The notes: a model not told the origin generated them from the letters alone. Positions 52,635-62,970 are shown, numbered from the stretch's first letter. The stretch: DNA of 64,000 nt from an uncultured Chlamydiae bacterium (GCA_963713615.1 CAVQMM010000001.1:3424001-3488000); one strand, 5' to 3'. Translations and numbers: made by a program.

Positions 52635-53126
52635 CTAAACTGGTTCAGGTTTAAGTTCTTTCAACAACGATTCCAGGTGACGGATTGTTTCCATTTTGTC
52701 AGTTGGTTTTTGCATCAATTTTCTGGCTGATTTTATTTTTTCTAAGTCCTGTTTAGTTAACTCGTTCTGCCGTTGTTTTTCCCGTTCATCCAAAAATTTT
52801 ATGGCATGGTCATAAGCGGCATTCACTTGCCATTTTGGTGGGATATCTTCCAATCGCACATGTGGTTTATCTCGATGTATTTTAAACAAGTCGTCAGCAA
52901 CATTATCAATATAAACTTGGCGTTCTTTCAAAACTTCAGCCTTCCCTTCATCTGAGTCTATATATTCGCGGATGTCTTGTTCCGGAATGCCTGTGTTCAT
53001 TGCTACGTTCTTGACTGCTTCATCGCTAACCGGGTTTTCAAAATGCCAAAGAGTATTAAAAAATTTGTCACCGAGAGGTGTTGGCCCCATATAATTATCC
53101 ATGAGTTCATTTGTTGTAATTGTCAT
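52635..53126 (-). CDS. Hypothetical protein
   Basis: 163 aa ORF, AAGGAG RBS. Confidence 0.55.
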   Translation of the reverse strand: MTITTNELMDNYMGPTPLGDKFFNTLWHFENPVSDEAVKNVAMNTGIPEQDIREYIDSDEGKAEVLKERQVYIDNVADDLFKIHRDKPHVRLEDIPPKWQVNAAYDHAIKFLDEREKQRQNELTKQDLEKIKSARKLMQKPTDKMETIRHLESLLKELKPEPV

Positions 53127-53208
53127 GACGTGCTCCTTATTAATTTAATGTTTCATTTTTCGTGATTTACCAGATTTAGGCATGGATTTTTCTCCATAAT
53201 GCCACTCA

Positions 53209-54906
53209 TTAACCAACTTTTCGTTTCAGCTCTGCAATCTTCATCATGGCTGCCAGCTTCGACATGCCTTCAGTTTCGACATTGTAACATTTCAAGAAAT
53301 ATCTTTGTTTGTCAGTGATTGGTTCACTTGCCATTGAACGCCTTTGCTTATTTTTCAGAGAAATAATCTTGCGGATTTCAATTGAGGCTTGAGCCTTGGT
53401 AAAGTTGTCATTCCACGCATTTTGGTTTTCAAGGTAAGTCCTTTGCGCTTGGGTTGGTACTTCCTCCCTTCTCATCCAAATTGCTTCTCTCAGATCACAG
53501 AAAGCAATCTTGAGATTCCTTCGGGCATAGTCTTCACAAACTCCGCTGCAATATTCGAGTGGTAGTGGGGTGTTGGTAATGTGGTGATGTGACCCATCTG
53601 GGCGATATAAAGTTGCTGCGTAGTTATTTCCTTCTGGTCTGATGACGATCTCATTTTTTTCATCATCCAGTAGGCTCCATTCATCGCCTACAGGAACCCA
53701 CATAAATCGGGCGCTACCTAGAATGTCGAACTCGTGATCTATCTCCTCAAGTACTTCGATTTTTGGGCGATTGTTGACTTCTTCGCGCTGCTCAGCGGCC
53801 TCTTTTGCCTCTCTGATGATGGAGGCTTCGGGGACGGCTGAGCTTAGCGACATGAGGGTGTCTAGGTTGTGGCCCTGATCGCTAAAGTCTAAAACTAGGC
53901 AATCTTGCTTCCCAGGCCATAGGCGCAAACCTCTGCCGATGCATTGAATGTATAGCGCTGCTGAACGTGTCGGCCTGGCCATGATTACCGCGGTAATGCT
54001 TGGTTCGTCATAGCCCTCGGTTAAAATCCCGCATGATGTTGCAAGCTGAACCTTGCCGCTTTTGAGATCATTTAAAGCTTGCTTGCGATCCGGTGGTTCC
54101 ATATCGCCCCAAACAGCGACGGCGGGAATCCCTGCATTGTTGAAGGCGGCGGCTAGGTCCTGGCAATGCTCGACATTGCAGCAAAAGGCGACGGTCTTCC
54201 GGCCATTAGCATATTCCTGAAACTTGCCGACGATGAATGCGTTTCTCTCCGGGGTGTTGACGGCCTCGGCCAGCTCGTTAATGGCAAAGTCACCGTTTTG
54301 GGTCCGGATTCTTTCCAGAACAAAGCTAGTAAGGATTTTGCGACCAATCACAGGGGAGAGATACCCGGCCCGAATCATTGTACCGATTGAGCGGGAAAAT
54401 GTGATCTTGTCGAAGGTGTCGCCTAATGGTTGTTTGTCGCCCCTGGCTGGGGTTGCTGTGACGCCGACTAAAAGCTTGTCTGTTCCCTTTGAGAATCCGC
54501 AGGCGTTAATGATGCTTTGATAGCTGTCGGCTGCGCTGTGATGCGCTTCGTCTATCATCATCAAGTCGAAGCCTAGACTTTGGAGCTTTTCTAGGCGCTT
54601 CGGCCTGCTGCATGACTGGACGGATCCGACTACGATCTGATGGTGGATCTCATCCCTCTCGGCCATACAAACGCCGATGCTAACGCCTGGCCAAAAGAGG
54701 CGGAATTTGTCCACTGCCTGGGCTATCAATTCCTCTCGATGTGCTAATATAAGAGTCTTTTTGTCTAACACTTTGGCTAGAGCCGCCATGACTATGGTTT
54801 TACCCGATCCCGTTGGAAGGTGGACAAGAAGACGCTTATGGCCCGAATAGTAGTCTTGGAGAATCTCATCTATGGCTTCTTGTTGGTAGTCTCGAATGGA
54901 TACCAT
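53209..54906 (-). CDS. SF2 DEAH helicase (ResIII/RadD-Irc3-like)
   Basis: RDYQ, PTGSGKT, IDEAHH, TATP, EGYD, QCIGRGLR. Confidence 0.9.
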   Translation of the reverse strand: MVSIRDYQQEAIDEILQDYYSGHKRLLVHLPTGSGKTIVMAALAKVLDKKTLILAHREELIAQAVDKFRLFWPGVSIGVCMAERDEIHHQIVVGSVQSCSRPKRLEKLQSLGFDLMMIDEAHHSAADSYQSIINACGFSKGTDKLLVGVTATPARGDKQPLGDTFDKITFSRSIGTMIRAGYLSPVIGRKILTSFVLERIRTQNGDFAINELAEAVNTPERNAFIVGKFQEYANGRKTVAFCCNVEHCQDLAAAFNNAGIPAVAVWGDMEPPDRKQALNDLKSGKVQLATSCGILTEGYDEPSITAVIMARPTRSAALYIQCIGRGLRLWPGKQDCLVLDFSDQGHNLDTLMSLSSAVPEASIIREAKEAAEQREEVNNRPKIEVLEEIDHEFDILGSARFMWVPVGDEWSLLDDEKNEIVIRPEGNNYAATLYRPDGSHHHITNTPLPLEYCSGVCEDYARRNLKIAFCDLREAIWMRREEVPTQAQRTYLENQNAWNDNFTKAQASIEIRKIISLKNKQRRSMASEPITDKQRYFLKCYNVETEGMSKLAAMMKIAELKRKVG

Positions 54907-55050
54907 GGCTAAGTCACAGGTAAGTTAAAATTACAAATGTATGTTATGAAATCGTTTATGTCAACGGCTGTATAACTCCCATTAGACAAAAATCACAGCA
55001 TTGCTGATAATACTCCCATTTACATCAAATGTGATAAATTGGAGCCTTAG

Positions 55051-55749
55051 ATGCGTGTCGTTTTGGTATGCTTGTTGGCGCTAGGATATGCGACGTTTAT
55101 ATTTCTACCTTCATTCTATAGCAATTGGTCTAATGATGAGGCTGTGGGACGTTGGGAAATGGATCTAGCGAATCGTCAGATTGATGACCTTCAAGAGCAG
55201 ATTAGTGCATTACGTGATTCGGAAAAGAAGCAGTGGGATAGCATCGTTTTTTGGTCAAAACAAGGAAATGACCTGTCAAAACAATTTTCTGATCATCAAT
55301 TGAAATATTTCGAAGAAAAGAGACAGCTTGTTGCTGTCCTTAACGCCAAGGAGTCTGCTTTTCGGACTATTCACTCATGCGATTGTGTGTTCTTTGTCAG
55401 CATCAAAAGCGTTAGCCATTACCTAGATGGGTATAAGGTTCTTTTCAAGATAGGGAATACATCGAACGTTACGTTCACAAATCCAAAAATCAAAATCGAA
55501 TGGAACACCTATCCTACTTTTGATGTTACCCTGTCTCTTGATGAAATATTGAAGCGCAATGACGAATGGAAGAAAGCAAACAAAGAAAAGACATTCTCTA
55601 TTGCAGGTAACCTTAATCCAGGAGAATGGTCTAATGTAGAGCTATTTCTAAGCCCTTGCAGCGAGCAGGAACTGGAATATATCAGATTGTCTATAGAGCC
55701 CTCTCCAGCACAATTAAATGTATCTGCACAAACCTTGATTAGTCTGTAA
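55051..55749 (+). CDS. Membrane-anchored coiled-coil protein (DUF3251-like C-terminus)
   Basis: N-terminal TM; VSIKSV..YLDGYKVLFKIGN..IEW. Confidence 0.5.
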   Translation: MRVVLVCLLALGYATFIFLPSFYSNWSNDEAVGRWEMDLANRQIDDLQEQISALRDSEKKQWDSIVFWSKQGNDLSKQFSDHQLKYFEEKRQLVAVLNAKESAFRTIHSCDCVFFVSIKSVSHYLDGYKVLFKIGNTSNVTFTNPKIKIEWNTYPTFDVTLSLDEILKRNDEWKKANKEKTFSIAGNLNPGEWSNVELFLSPCSEQELEYIRLSIEPSPAQLNVSAQTLISL

Positions 55750-56062
55750 GCTTCACAGGCCTTCCACTTGTGAGCTCTGCTCCACGCTTAGGGAAGGGCT
55801 CTTTTCGTGCCTTCTCAAGCTTGTCTACAGCGATAGAAAGGGCCTCTACAGCCAAGGACGTCAGCGTCAAACCTGGAGTCCAGTAGACGGCGTTCTTGAC
55901 GCGCTCAATGACGTCGACGGAGATCTGCACGGTGATCCGTTGTTTTGCTTGCGATGCGCGGTTGATTTGTGGTGCCTCTTCCATGACAGCGGTATTCCCG
56001 TTTTGCTTGGGAGTAAGCTTGTTGTTGTGTGGGTTGCTTTCGGTATTGAATTTCTTGGCCAT
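55739..56062 (-). CDS. RHH DNA-binding protein (CopG/ParG-like)
   Basis: KQRITVQISVDVIERVKNAVYWTPG. Confidence 0.6.
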   Translation of the reverse strand: MAKKFNTESNPHNNKLTPKQNGNTAVMEEAPQINRASQAKQRITVQISVDVIERVKNAVYWTPGLTLTSLAVEALSIAVDKLEKARKEPFPKRGAELTSGRPVKLTD

Positions 56063-56323
56063 GCTAATTCCTATCTATCTCTGCGTTGGTGGCGTCTGAA
56101 ATGCTGCCATTTTCAGCAAATAAAGTATAGAGGCTCTTTAAGAGGTGACGATATTCTAGCAAAGTACCTCCGTAAGTTAGTGGACTAGGCTCATGAAGAG
56201 CATTCTCTGTTCATTGTCACTGCCCGGTGGCGTAACAAAGCGGTTGCTTCATATTGCATGCAATGGATAATGTGTCTCCCACTAAAGCGCATTAACGACT
56301 GCAATTGAGCAAAACGGAAAATC

Positions 56324-57001
56324 ATGAGCTTGCTGGTTTATACACGGGTAAGCACTGAGGCTCAAACAGATAGCGTGGCTGGCCTCGAAGCACAACTAGA
56401 TGCTTGCGAAAGCTATGCGAAGCATCACGGCCTTACCATCCCCAAAATTTATCGCGATGAGGGCATCAGCGGAGCTGTTGAGATGGAGCATCGCCCTGGC
56501 CTTATGGAAGCGCTGAATGGGCTTAAGAAAGGATAACATCCTACTTGTAGCAAAGCGAGACCGGTTGGCCCGTGACACATACGCCGCGGCGTTTATCAAA
56601 CGCACTATAGAGAAGCAGAAAGCTCGCATTGTTTCCGCCGCTGGCGAGGGCACGGACCAGAACGACCTGGCAAGCCGAATGTTAACCGGTATTATCGACG
56701 TTTTTGCTGAATATGAACGCGATGTTATCAAAGCTAGGACTAAGGCGGCTCTCCAAGCCATGAAGCGCGAGGGCAAACGCGTAGGGCATATTCCCTTCGG
56801 GTACCGGCTAGCGCCATGTGGAGTGTATCTGGAGAATCGTTGGAAGAACAATATATTCTTCGGCACATGTATGAACTTCGCTCGCGAGGACTTTCAATCC
56901 GCACAATCGCTACAGCATTAAATGAACAAGGAGTCTTTAATAGAAGACAAGCCAGATGGAACAACGCAAGCGTGCATCGGGTAATGATAAAGGCTGCATA
57001 G
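56324..57001 (+). pseudogene. Serine recombinase (resolvase family) split by two frameshifts
   Basis: YTRVST..DEGISG..RPGL / DRLAR..FAEYER..PFGY / SIRTIA.ALN in three frames. Confidence 0.85.
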
Positions 57002-57228
57002 CAATGAAACTGGGTAAATTTGCTAAGACCACTTCAGCTGCCGCTGGTGAACTTAAGCAATCGATGAAAAAAAGTGGCAAAAAGTGGGATTTGTCGGCAC
57101 AATACGCGTTGTATCTTGGCATGTTATCTTTGTTAATAGCAACTTGCCTCAGTTTTTTGACCTTACAATCGAATTGAAATCCCAGTCGGTTACGGTTCGC
57201 CTTCGTCTCTGGGCAGCTTTCTAATGCG

Positions 57229-58383
57229 GTGGCCTTCATGAGTATTCCATCCTTGTATTATCTCGATACCACCGGTGTGGCTTTATTTTGCAATGGTGAG
57301 CATGTAGATAAATATTTTTCATTGATAGCGCCTAGCTATCGAACTGAGATCTCTGCAATTCTTAGATTGGGTTCCATTGTCATTACTCCTTATTGGGTTC
57401 TTGAAGTTTTGGGGGTTCGTCTTAAATTAATTAATCAAGCACTTGAGCAAAAGTTGCGCGAGAAACAGGATCTTCAAATAAATCTGAAATTGTCTGATTC
57501 TGATGAGGCTTGGCTAGAGAAAATTGCGAATATCCATTCGTTTGCGGATGATTACTATAACCAGCATCCTTTGCTTAGGGACCAAGAGTTGAAGGCTCTG
57601 CTTGGGGCGGCACATTCAAGAATATTCCCTGTGAACCATTCGTCTATTTTTAGCTATAGGATCTGGCAAGGTTTGGAAGGATGGCTTGACCGGCCGGGCG
57701 CACATGCGGAGTTATGTAAGTGGTTGACGTACTCAGTTCCGGAAAGGCACATAGATTTGCTAATCCCAAAGCATATTCATCAATCTTCTGAAATAAGACA
57801 GCGCTTACAGAACCATTTGATGGCGGGATATGTTACAGCTTGGAAAAAGGGGATTAATATGAGCGGATGTGAAGGATTATTGCATAGTCTTGCTGTTCTT
57901 AATCGAAAGCCCTCAATTGATTTCCGACCAAAAAATCGAGACGGTCTGCCGATAGAAGTTAAACCGTTTCGCGCATTCAACGATAGGGCCGATATTGATG
58001 TCGTGCAGATGTTGACTATGGGAGCTTTTGGCACTTTAAGTAGGCTCGAAAAAACTGCGGTGTTTTCAGTAGAGGCAGAAGAAAATATTGTTGCTAGAGT
58101 ACATCCATATCAAACTTTATTTGCTTACGCTAAAGAAAAATTTTCGTCTAACAAGCATCTACAGCTACCCTCTGATTTGAAACCGGGGGTTCGTTACCAG
58201 GTCGTTATTGATAAAGTTGAAGGAGATGGTCGATATATCGCCAAGACACAGTTTCTGGAAACTCGATACAATGCTGATACGTCTCAGGTGGCATGGGACT
58301 GGAAGTCAAAGAATATGGCTCAAGAAGGGTGCAGTAACAACCTCGCAGAGTCAACACCAGTTGTCCCCGATCTATCGGCCTAA
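57229..58383 (+). CDS. Hypothetical cargo protein
   Basis: 384 aa ORF, no recognised motif. Confidence 0.55.
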   Translation: MAFMSIPSLYYLDTTGVALFCNGEHVDKYFSLIAPSYRTEISAILRLGSIVITPYWVLEVLGVRLKLINQALEQKLREKQDLQINLKLSDSDEAWLEKIANIHSFADDYYNQHPLLRDQELKALLGAAHSRIFPVNHSSIFSYRIWQGLEGWLDRPGAHAELCKWLTYSVPERHIDLLIPKHIHQSSEIRQRLQNHLMAGYVTAWKKGINMSGCEGLLHSLAVLNRKPSIDFRPKNRDGLPIEVKPFRAFNDRADIDVVQMLTMGAFGTLSRLEKTAVFSVEAEENIVARVHPYQTLFAYAKEKFSSNKHLQLPSDLKPGVRYQVVIDKVEGDGRYIAKTQFLETRYNADTSQVAWDWKSKNMAQEGCSNNLAESTPVVPDLSA

Positions 58384-58540
58384 TACTGCAATTTTTTTTG
58401 TCTCCTGCGCAGGTTTGGGTCCGATGTAAATTTTATCCACTATTTCTAAAGAGCTTAGTCACTGCGTCATAACTTCATGATTATAGACAGCTTAAGGAGT
58501 TTGTGGCATTATACTCTACCTTAACCTATGCGGAGGCATT

Positions 58541-59257
58541 ATGAAGAGGTTTATTACGCTATTGGTTATGCCGTTGGCTATAAATTCAGTAATTTTAGGC
58601 GATGATGGAGATGCATGTTTAAAGGCGGGCATTAACTGCACTGAAATTGCGTATTTAGACACGGTTCGAAAAATCGAAGAAGAATTTCTAAGCCTTCCAC
58701 GTGAATTTCTTGTTAACGAGTCACAATGCAACGATGGAAGCTATGAAAAATTTAATAAACGAATCGAAGCATTTGGGGAACAATATGAAGCATTAGGAAA
58801 CAAGTTTGAGGCCTTACTAAAAGAATTAAACTTTGCACCATCCAATAATAGCTTACACAGAGTTTATAGTGAGTATGATTCTTTTTTTGCGAAGCTCAGA
58901 GAGATCATGCGCACTAAATACTGGAAAGATTATCTTTTGAATCACGGCATGAGAATAGTCAACTCTGGCCTAGGGGATACCTACAAAGTTTTCTTTGAGG
59001 AAGAACGCCATATCCCTTGCGAAGGGAAAAAAACAATCAGATATCGGATCTCCCCGCTCACCGAGCTTAGGAGCTTCTGTGAAGATATCAAAAATGTTAA
59101 TATTCTGCTGCTGAACGAGAATAAATTCGAAGTTTTCAGGTTTTACGTGGGAGCTGTTTCAAAAGACAATGAAACTACAGGTAAGTTTGAAATTCCAGAA
59201 TCATATTATCAAGAATTTAATGAAATCACCCTGGTCGGTGACACAGCCACAAGGTAG
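58541..59257 (+). CDS. Hypothetical exported protein
   Basis: 238 aa, signal-peptide-like start, GGAGG RBS. Confidence 0.6.
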   Translation: MKRFITLLVMPLAINSVILGDDGDACLKAGINCTEIAYLDTVRKIEEEFLSLPREFLVNESQCNDGSYEKFNKRIEAFGEQYEALGNKFEALLKELNFAPSNNSLHRVYSEYDSFFAKLREIMRTKYWKDYLLNHGMRIVNSGLGDTYKVFFEEERHIPCEGKKTIRYRISPLTELRSFCEDIKNVNILLLNENKFEVFRFYVGAVSKDNETTGKFEIPESYYQEFNEITLVGDTATR

Positions 59258-59470
59258 TTTTGTGCTGATCGCATAATACGGGCCTGGGGCAAGCGGTCTA
59301 TGTTTAGGGTTTTTGTAATGGTTCTGGGGGCCCTGGCGGGCCCGAACGGGGCCTAACATCCCATATTTTCCCGTAACTTTCCAGAGCAAATCTCTGTACT
59401 CAGATCTAGCAAAATGCTAATCTTTTGCCCGTAATGTACTGGAGAATCATGTAGCGTTCTGAAAGAACCG

Positions 59471-59528
59471 GGGACTTAAAATCCCTCGGGCGCAAGCCTA
59501 TGCCGGTTCGAGTCCGGCTCCGAGCATT
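59471..59528 (+). repeat. attR (duplicated 3' part of tRNA-Leu)
   Basis: Identical to 42855-42912. Confidence 0.95.
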
Positions 59529-59655
59529 CTTATTTCAAGGGGTTTAGATCATCGCTGGTTTAAGCTCGTTTTCTTGTAGGCGAATTCTGTCCAACCCCTG
59601 TCCAACTTTTTAGGGGCAAGTGAGTCTTTCCTAGTGTGTGAAATGGGGAGATAAA

Positions 59656-60099
59656 ATGTTGGATCCTCTTGCTGTGCTGACGTCGATTCAAGGGGCCATT
59701 AGCATCACCAAAGCCATGTTTGCTGGTCTTAAGGCTGTAAAAGAAACCAATCAGGCGCTATCCGCACTCGACTTGCAGACACAGGTGGTGGAGATCAGTC
59801 AGGAGTTATTGAATGCGAAGGAAGTGATTATTTGTTTAATGCAACAGAATCAGGATCTGCGTGCTCAGTTGAAAGTGACGAGCGAGCTTGAGCATGACCA
59901 GGCCAGCAATGTGTTGTGGAGTGTCGAAGATGGGAAGAAGCGCATTCCATATTGTTCAACATGCCATGGCGCAGAGGCCAAACTCATTCCACTTTCTGAA
60001 AGTGAGCCAGATTCGTGGTTCTGTCCAAAATGTAGAAATCATTTTTGTACAAAGAGGTGTCGGGATGAACGGCATCTAAAGATGCAAAGTTTAATGTAA
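59656..60099 (+). CDS. Coiled-coil protein with C-terminal Zn ribbon
   Basis: CSTC..CPKC; GGGGAG RBS. Confidence 0.6.
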   Translation: MLDPLAVLTSIQGAISITKAMFAGLKAVKETNQALSALDLQTQVVEISQELLNAKEVIICLMQQNQDLRAQLKVTSELEHDQASNVLWSVEDGKKRIPYCSTCHGAEAKLIPLSESEPDSWFCPKCRNHFCTKRCRDERHLKMQSLM

Positions 60100-60199
60100 A
60101 CCCAGCTAGGAAGATCTTTTTAACCTGTGCTCCAAGTAGATGAAAGTCTATTTTTACCAGGTTAAGTCATGTGAAAAATAGCTTGACAAGGGGAAAAGA

Positions 60200-60850
60200 A
60201 TGAGTAGTGCTGGAGGTTTTTGTAGAGCCAAAACGGAACTTCGTTGGATGAGGTTTGTGGATGGTGAGAATATGGTTCATCAAGGAACCAAGTTCCTTGA
60301 AAGCCACTTCCCGCATTCCGGCGGGCCTAGCAGCACATCGCCATTTTTCGAAAAGGGGCACTTTCTTTGGCTTCCTGCGCAAGGCTGGAGTGCGGTTACC
60401 AACTACCACTTGTCAGCACACTGGCCATCGGCAAGAAACGAAAATAGTCAGACTCCCGAGGCTATCAGAGCATATTATTACACTGTTGTAACTGGTTCTA
60501 GGGAAAAAGTTGTGCCGACTACCGAAAGAAAAATATGGGAAATAGGATTCACGCCGCGCGTTCTTTGGAAGGCGAAAGCAACACAAAAGTCTAAGACGGT
60601 TGATTCATTAATCTCTATCGACATGCTGTCTGCTGCATACGAGGATCAGTTTGATCTGGTTGAGATTTGGACGGGCGATGCGGATTATATTCCTCTGATT
60701 AATGCCGTTAAAAGGCTAGGGAAAATCGTGGTTTGTTGCTTTTTGGGAGAGGAGCATGGACTAAGCAGGGAATTGAGGATTGCTAGTGATCGCTATTGTG
60801 ATATCACGGACCTCATGATCAAACGCTGGGAAGCAGATCTTTCCAAGTAA
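60200..60850 (+). CDS. NYN-domain (PIN-like) nuclease
   Basis: FVDGEN, KTVD..I.IDM, TGDADY..L..LGK.V. Confidence 0.8.
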   Translation: MSSAGGFCRAKTELRWMRFVDGENMVHQGTKFLESHFPHSGGPSSTSPFFEKGHFLWLPAQGWSAVTNYHLSAHWPSARNENSQTPEAIRAYYYTVVTGSREKVVPTTERKIWEIGFTPRVLWKAKATQKSKTVDSLISIDMLSAAYEDQFDLVEIWTGDADYIPLINAVKRLGKIVVCCFLGEEHGLSRELRIASDRYCDITDLMIKRWEADLSK

Positions 60851-60894
60851 CTTTGAAGATAAACATGACAGGTGGCAAGTTTGTTGCTATGACA

Positions 60895-62610
60895 CCTCAT
60901 TTCCCGTGAAAATTGTAACTAGGTCTGGCCCGGCAACGCAATTTTTAGACCCTGTAAAATTTCCCTCTGTGGTTTTGTAACCTCGGTGAGGATATGGCCG
61001 TACTTACCAGAATACTTTATTTTAGTCAGTGTATCCATTTCTTGTAGAAGCTCCCGAACCGTGTATCGTTTAATAAGACCAGACTGTCTCATTTCTTTGC
61101 GCAGAGCGCTCATGTAAATAAGGGCAATGAATTGCACAAAAAGCCTGCCATCAACAGTTGCTGAACTATGCATGCGTAAGCGTTTCATATCCAACTGATT
61201 TTTCAGGTCATCAAAGCACTTTTCTACCACATCTTTGTCTCGGTAGATTTGCAAGGACTCCACCGGATCCTTAATACTATTGGTCAACAGCGCTTGGAAT
61301 CCAGCATAGCGGTTGATGTACTGACTCACAGCTTGATCATTGTACGAGACTCGTATGCCTCGCTTGCGGGTGGTCTTTATCACAAAAAATGCGTCGTACG
61401 CATCTTGATGCGCGTTAATCAAATCTCCTGATTCCAGTTCCTTCTTATACCCAACCAATTCTTCAGTAAACTGATCGACGGCGGTGGCTCGTGCATGAGC
61501 ATTGTAGTAGAGGTGTAGATAGCAGCGACGCTTGTCATCCCCCCATGGGTACAGACGAGAGTGAACATATAGGATCTCATTATCAAGCTTTTGGTATCCC
61601 TCAGGCCCATGGATCACCCCATAAATGTCATTTATAGCGAGTTGTACCCACTTGTTCTTCAGAGGGATTGATAGAGTAAATCTGTCCCTGGCAGCAAGCA
61701 GGTGATCAACATTTTTTTTGCTGTAGAACCCTTTGTCCATCACGTAGTGAAGTTTCTTTATCTCCAGAGCTTTGAAGGTCTTCAAGAGGTTGTGTAATGT
61801 AGTCACATCGGTGATGTTGCCCGGAGTCCGTTCGAAATACACTGGCAAACGTCCCTTCTGGCCGAAGAGTATGGCAAGATTCAGCTGTGGTAACTTATCC
61901 AGGTCGCGGTTGTGGCCGTATTTGATGTATTCATTGAGCTCAGAATATGAGGAAATAGAAGTGATGTCGTAACAGAGATAATCATCCTCTAACACTTTAT
62001 TCATCCACTTGGTGAAAAAGGTTTGCTTCTTATCGATGCTAATGGCGCCAAGGATTTCGCTAATCCTCTGGCTGGTTAAGCACTCAACGGAAGGCACATG
62101 GTTCTTGCACCATGTCCCGCAATAGCTCAGAGGCCCTCCTTGAATGGCAAGATAATAGGCCATTGCCTGAATCTGTTGGTACTCCTGAGGGAAGCAAGAC
62201 CTCAACAACTGTTTCAGGCCTAACTGCTCGGTAATAGCATCGAGCACGATCGAAGGTCCCACAACTTCAGCAGATGCAGTGACCGCGGGATCTCGAATGA
62301 CTGCCTGTTCAGGTTTAAGACGCTTGGAGGGAATGAACTCTCCGGTGACTGGATCGAGCTTACCCACACACACTTGCTTATTACGAGACTGTTTTTTCTC
62401 TTTATCCCAGAATGAGGTGTATTCGTATACGTAGGTAACGCCGGTAGTCTTGTTTATATGGTTGACTCTGCATGGCATACACTATTTCCTTCCTTAAATC
62501 GTTACAATTGTAACGATGAAAAATGAAAAAATCCAGCATAAAATGTGCGCAACAGGCTTTTTTTTAGTGAATTACGACAGACCTAGTTACAATTTTCGCG
62601 GGAAATGAGG
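60895..62610 (-). mobile_element. IS1634-family insertion sequence, intact
   Basis: 33-bp TIR with one mismatch (CCTCATTTCCCG[T/C]GAAAATTGTAACTAGGTCTG); 6-bp TSD ATGACA 60889-60894/62611-62616. Confidence 0.92.
60919..62478 (-). CDS. IS1634-family DDE transposase
   Basis: YDITS, YGHNRD..LPQ, PGN.TD, MDKGF, Y..K..VEKCF..LK. Confidence 0.9.
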   Translation of the reverse strand: MPCRVNHINKTTGVTYVYEYTSFWDKEKKQSRNKQVCVGKLDPVTGEFIPSKRLKPEQAVIRDPAVTASAEVVGPSIVLDAITEQLGLKQLLRSCFPQEYQQIQAMAYYLAIQGGPLSYCGTWCKNHVPSVECLTSQRISEILGAISIDKKQTFFTKWMNKVLEDDYLCYDITSISSYSELNEYIKYGHNRDLDKLPQLNLAILFGQKGRLPVYFERTPGNITDVTTLHNLLKTFKALEIKKLHYVMDKGFYSKKNVDHLLAARDRFTLSIPLKNKWVQLAINDIYGVIHGPEGYQKLDNEILYVHSRLYPWGDDKRRCYLHLYYNAHARATAVDQFTEELVGYKKELESGDLINAHQDAYDAFFVIKTTRKRGIRVSYNDQAVSQYINRYAGFQALLTNSIKDPVESLQIYRDKDVVEKCFDDLKNQLDMKRLRMHSSATVDGRLFVQFIALIYMSALRKEMRQSGLIKRYTVRELLQEMDTLTKIKYSGKYGHILTEVTKPQREILQGLKIALPGQT

Positions 62611-62970
62611 ATGACACTCAACATGGTGCGTGGTTGGGTTTTTCATCTGGCGTCAGTGAGTCGGTACCTTACTCATCGTTGACACGCGATTGGTGGTTGG
62701 AATGCTGTTTAGTGGAGGAGAGTCGTTCGCTACCGTTGTTAAACGACAATGCATCGCAGTTGGAGCGTAGTCTTACATTTTTTGACGAACGATAGACGGC
62801 TTGATTTTAAGGTGTCCTTATTCGATCCAAGAGTTCTCGTAACGATTCTGGTTGGCATAGCTCACATTCCCTTATAACCACTACTCGCCAGCCCGTGTCC
62901 CTCCCGTGAGCGTGCGTGAAAAAAATATTCCGCCGTGGCATGATACCCCTCATTAACGTGGGAGGGTATC

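Larger units (their letters stand above)
42855..59528. mobile_element. tRNA-Leu-integrated element (~16.6 kb; phage-satellite/plasmid-like)
   Basis: 58-bp identical direct repeat 42855-42912/59471-59528; integrase next to attL. Confidence 0.93.

Noticed and set aside
53209..54906. Type III restriction-modification Res subunit
   Set aside because: No adjacent methyltransferase and no evident PD-(D/E)xK nuclease domain
56324..57001. Programmed frameshifting in the serine recombinase
   Set aside because: Two independent shifts would be needed and no canonical slippery heptamer is evident; pseudogene or sequencing error is simpler
59471..59528. Second tRNA-Leu gene
   Set aside because: Lacks the 5' acceptor strand and D-arm; it is the attR duplication
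42855..59528. Complete prophage or conjugative ICE
   Set aside because: No recognisable capsid, portal, tail, lysis, relaxase or T4SS genes between the att sites
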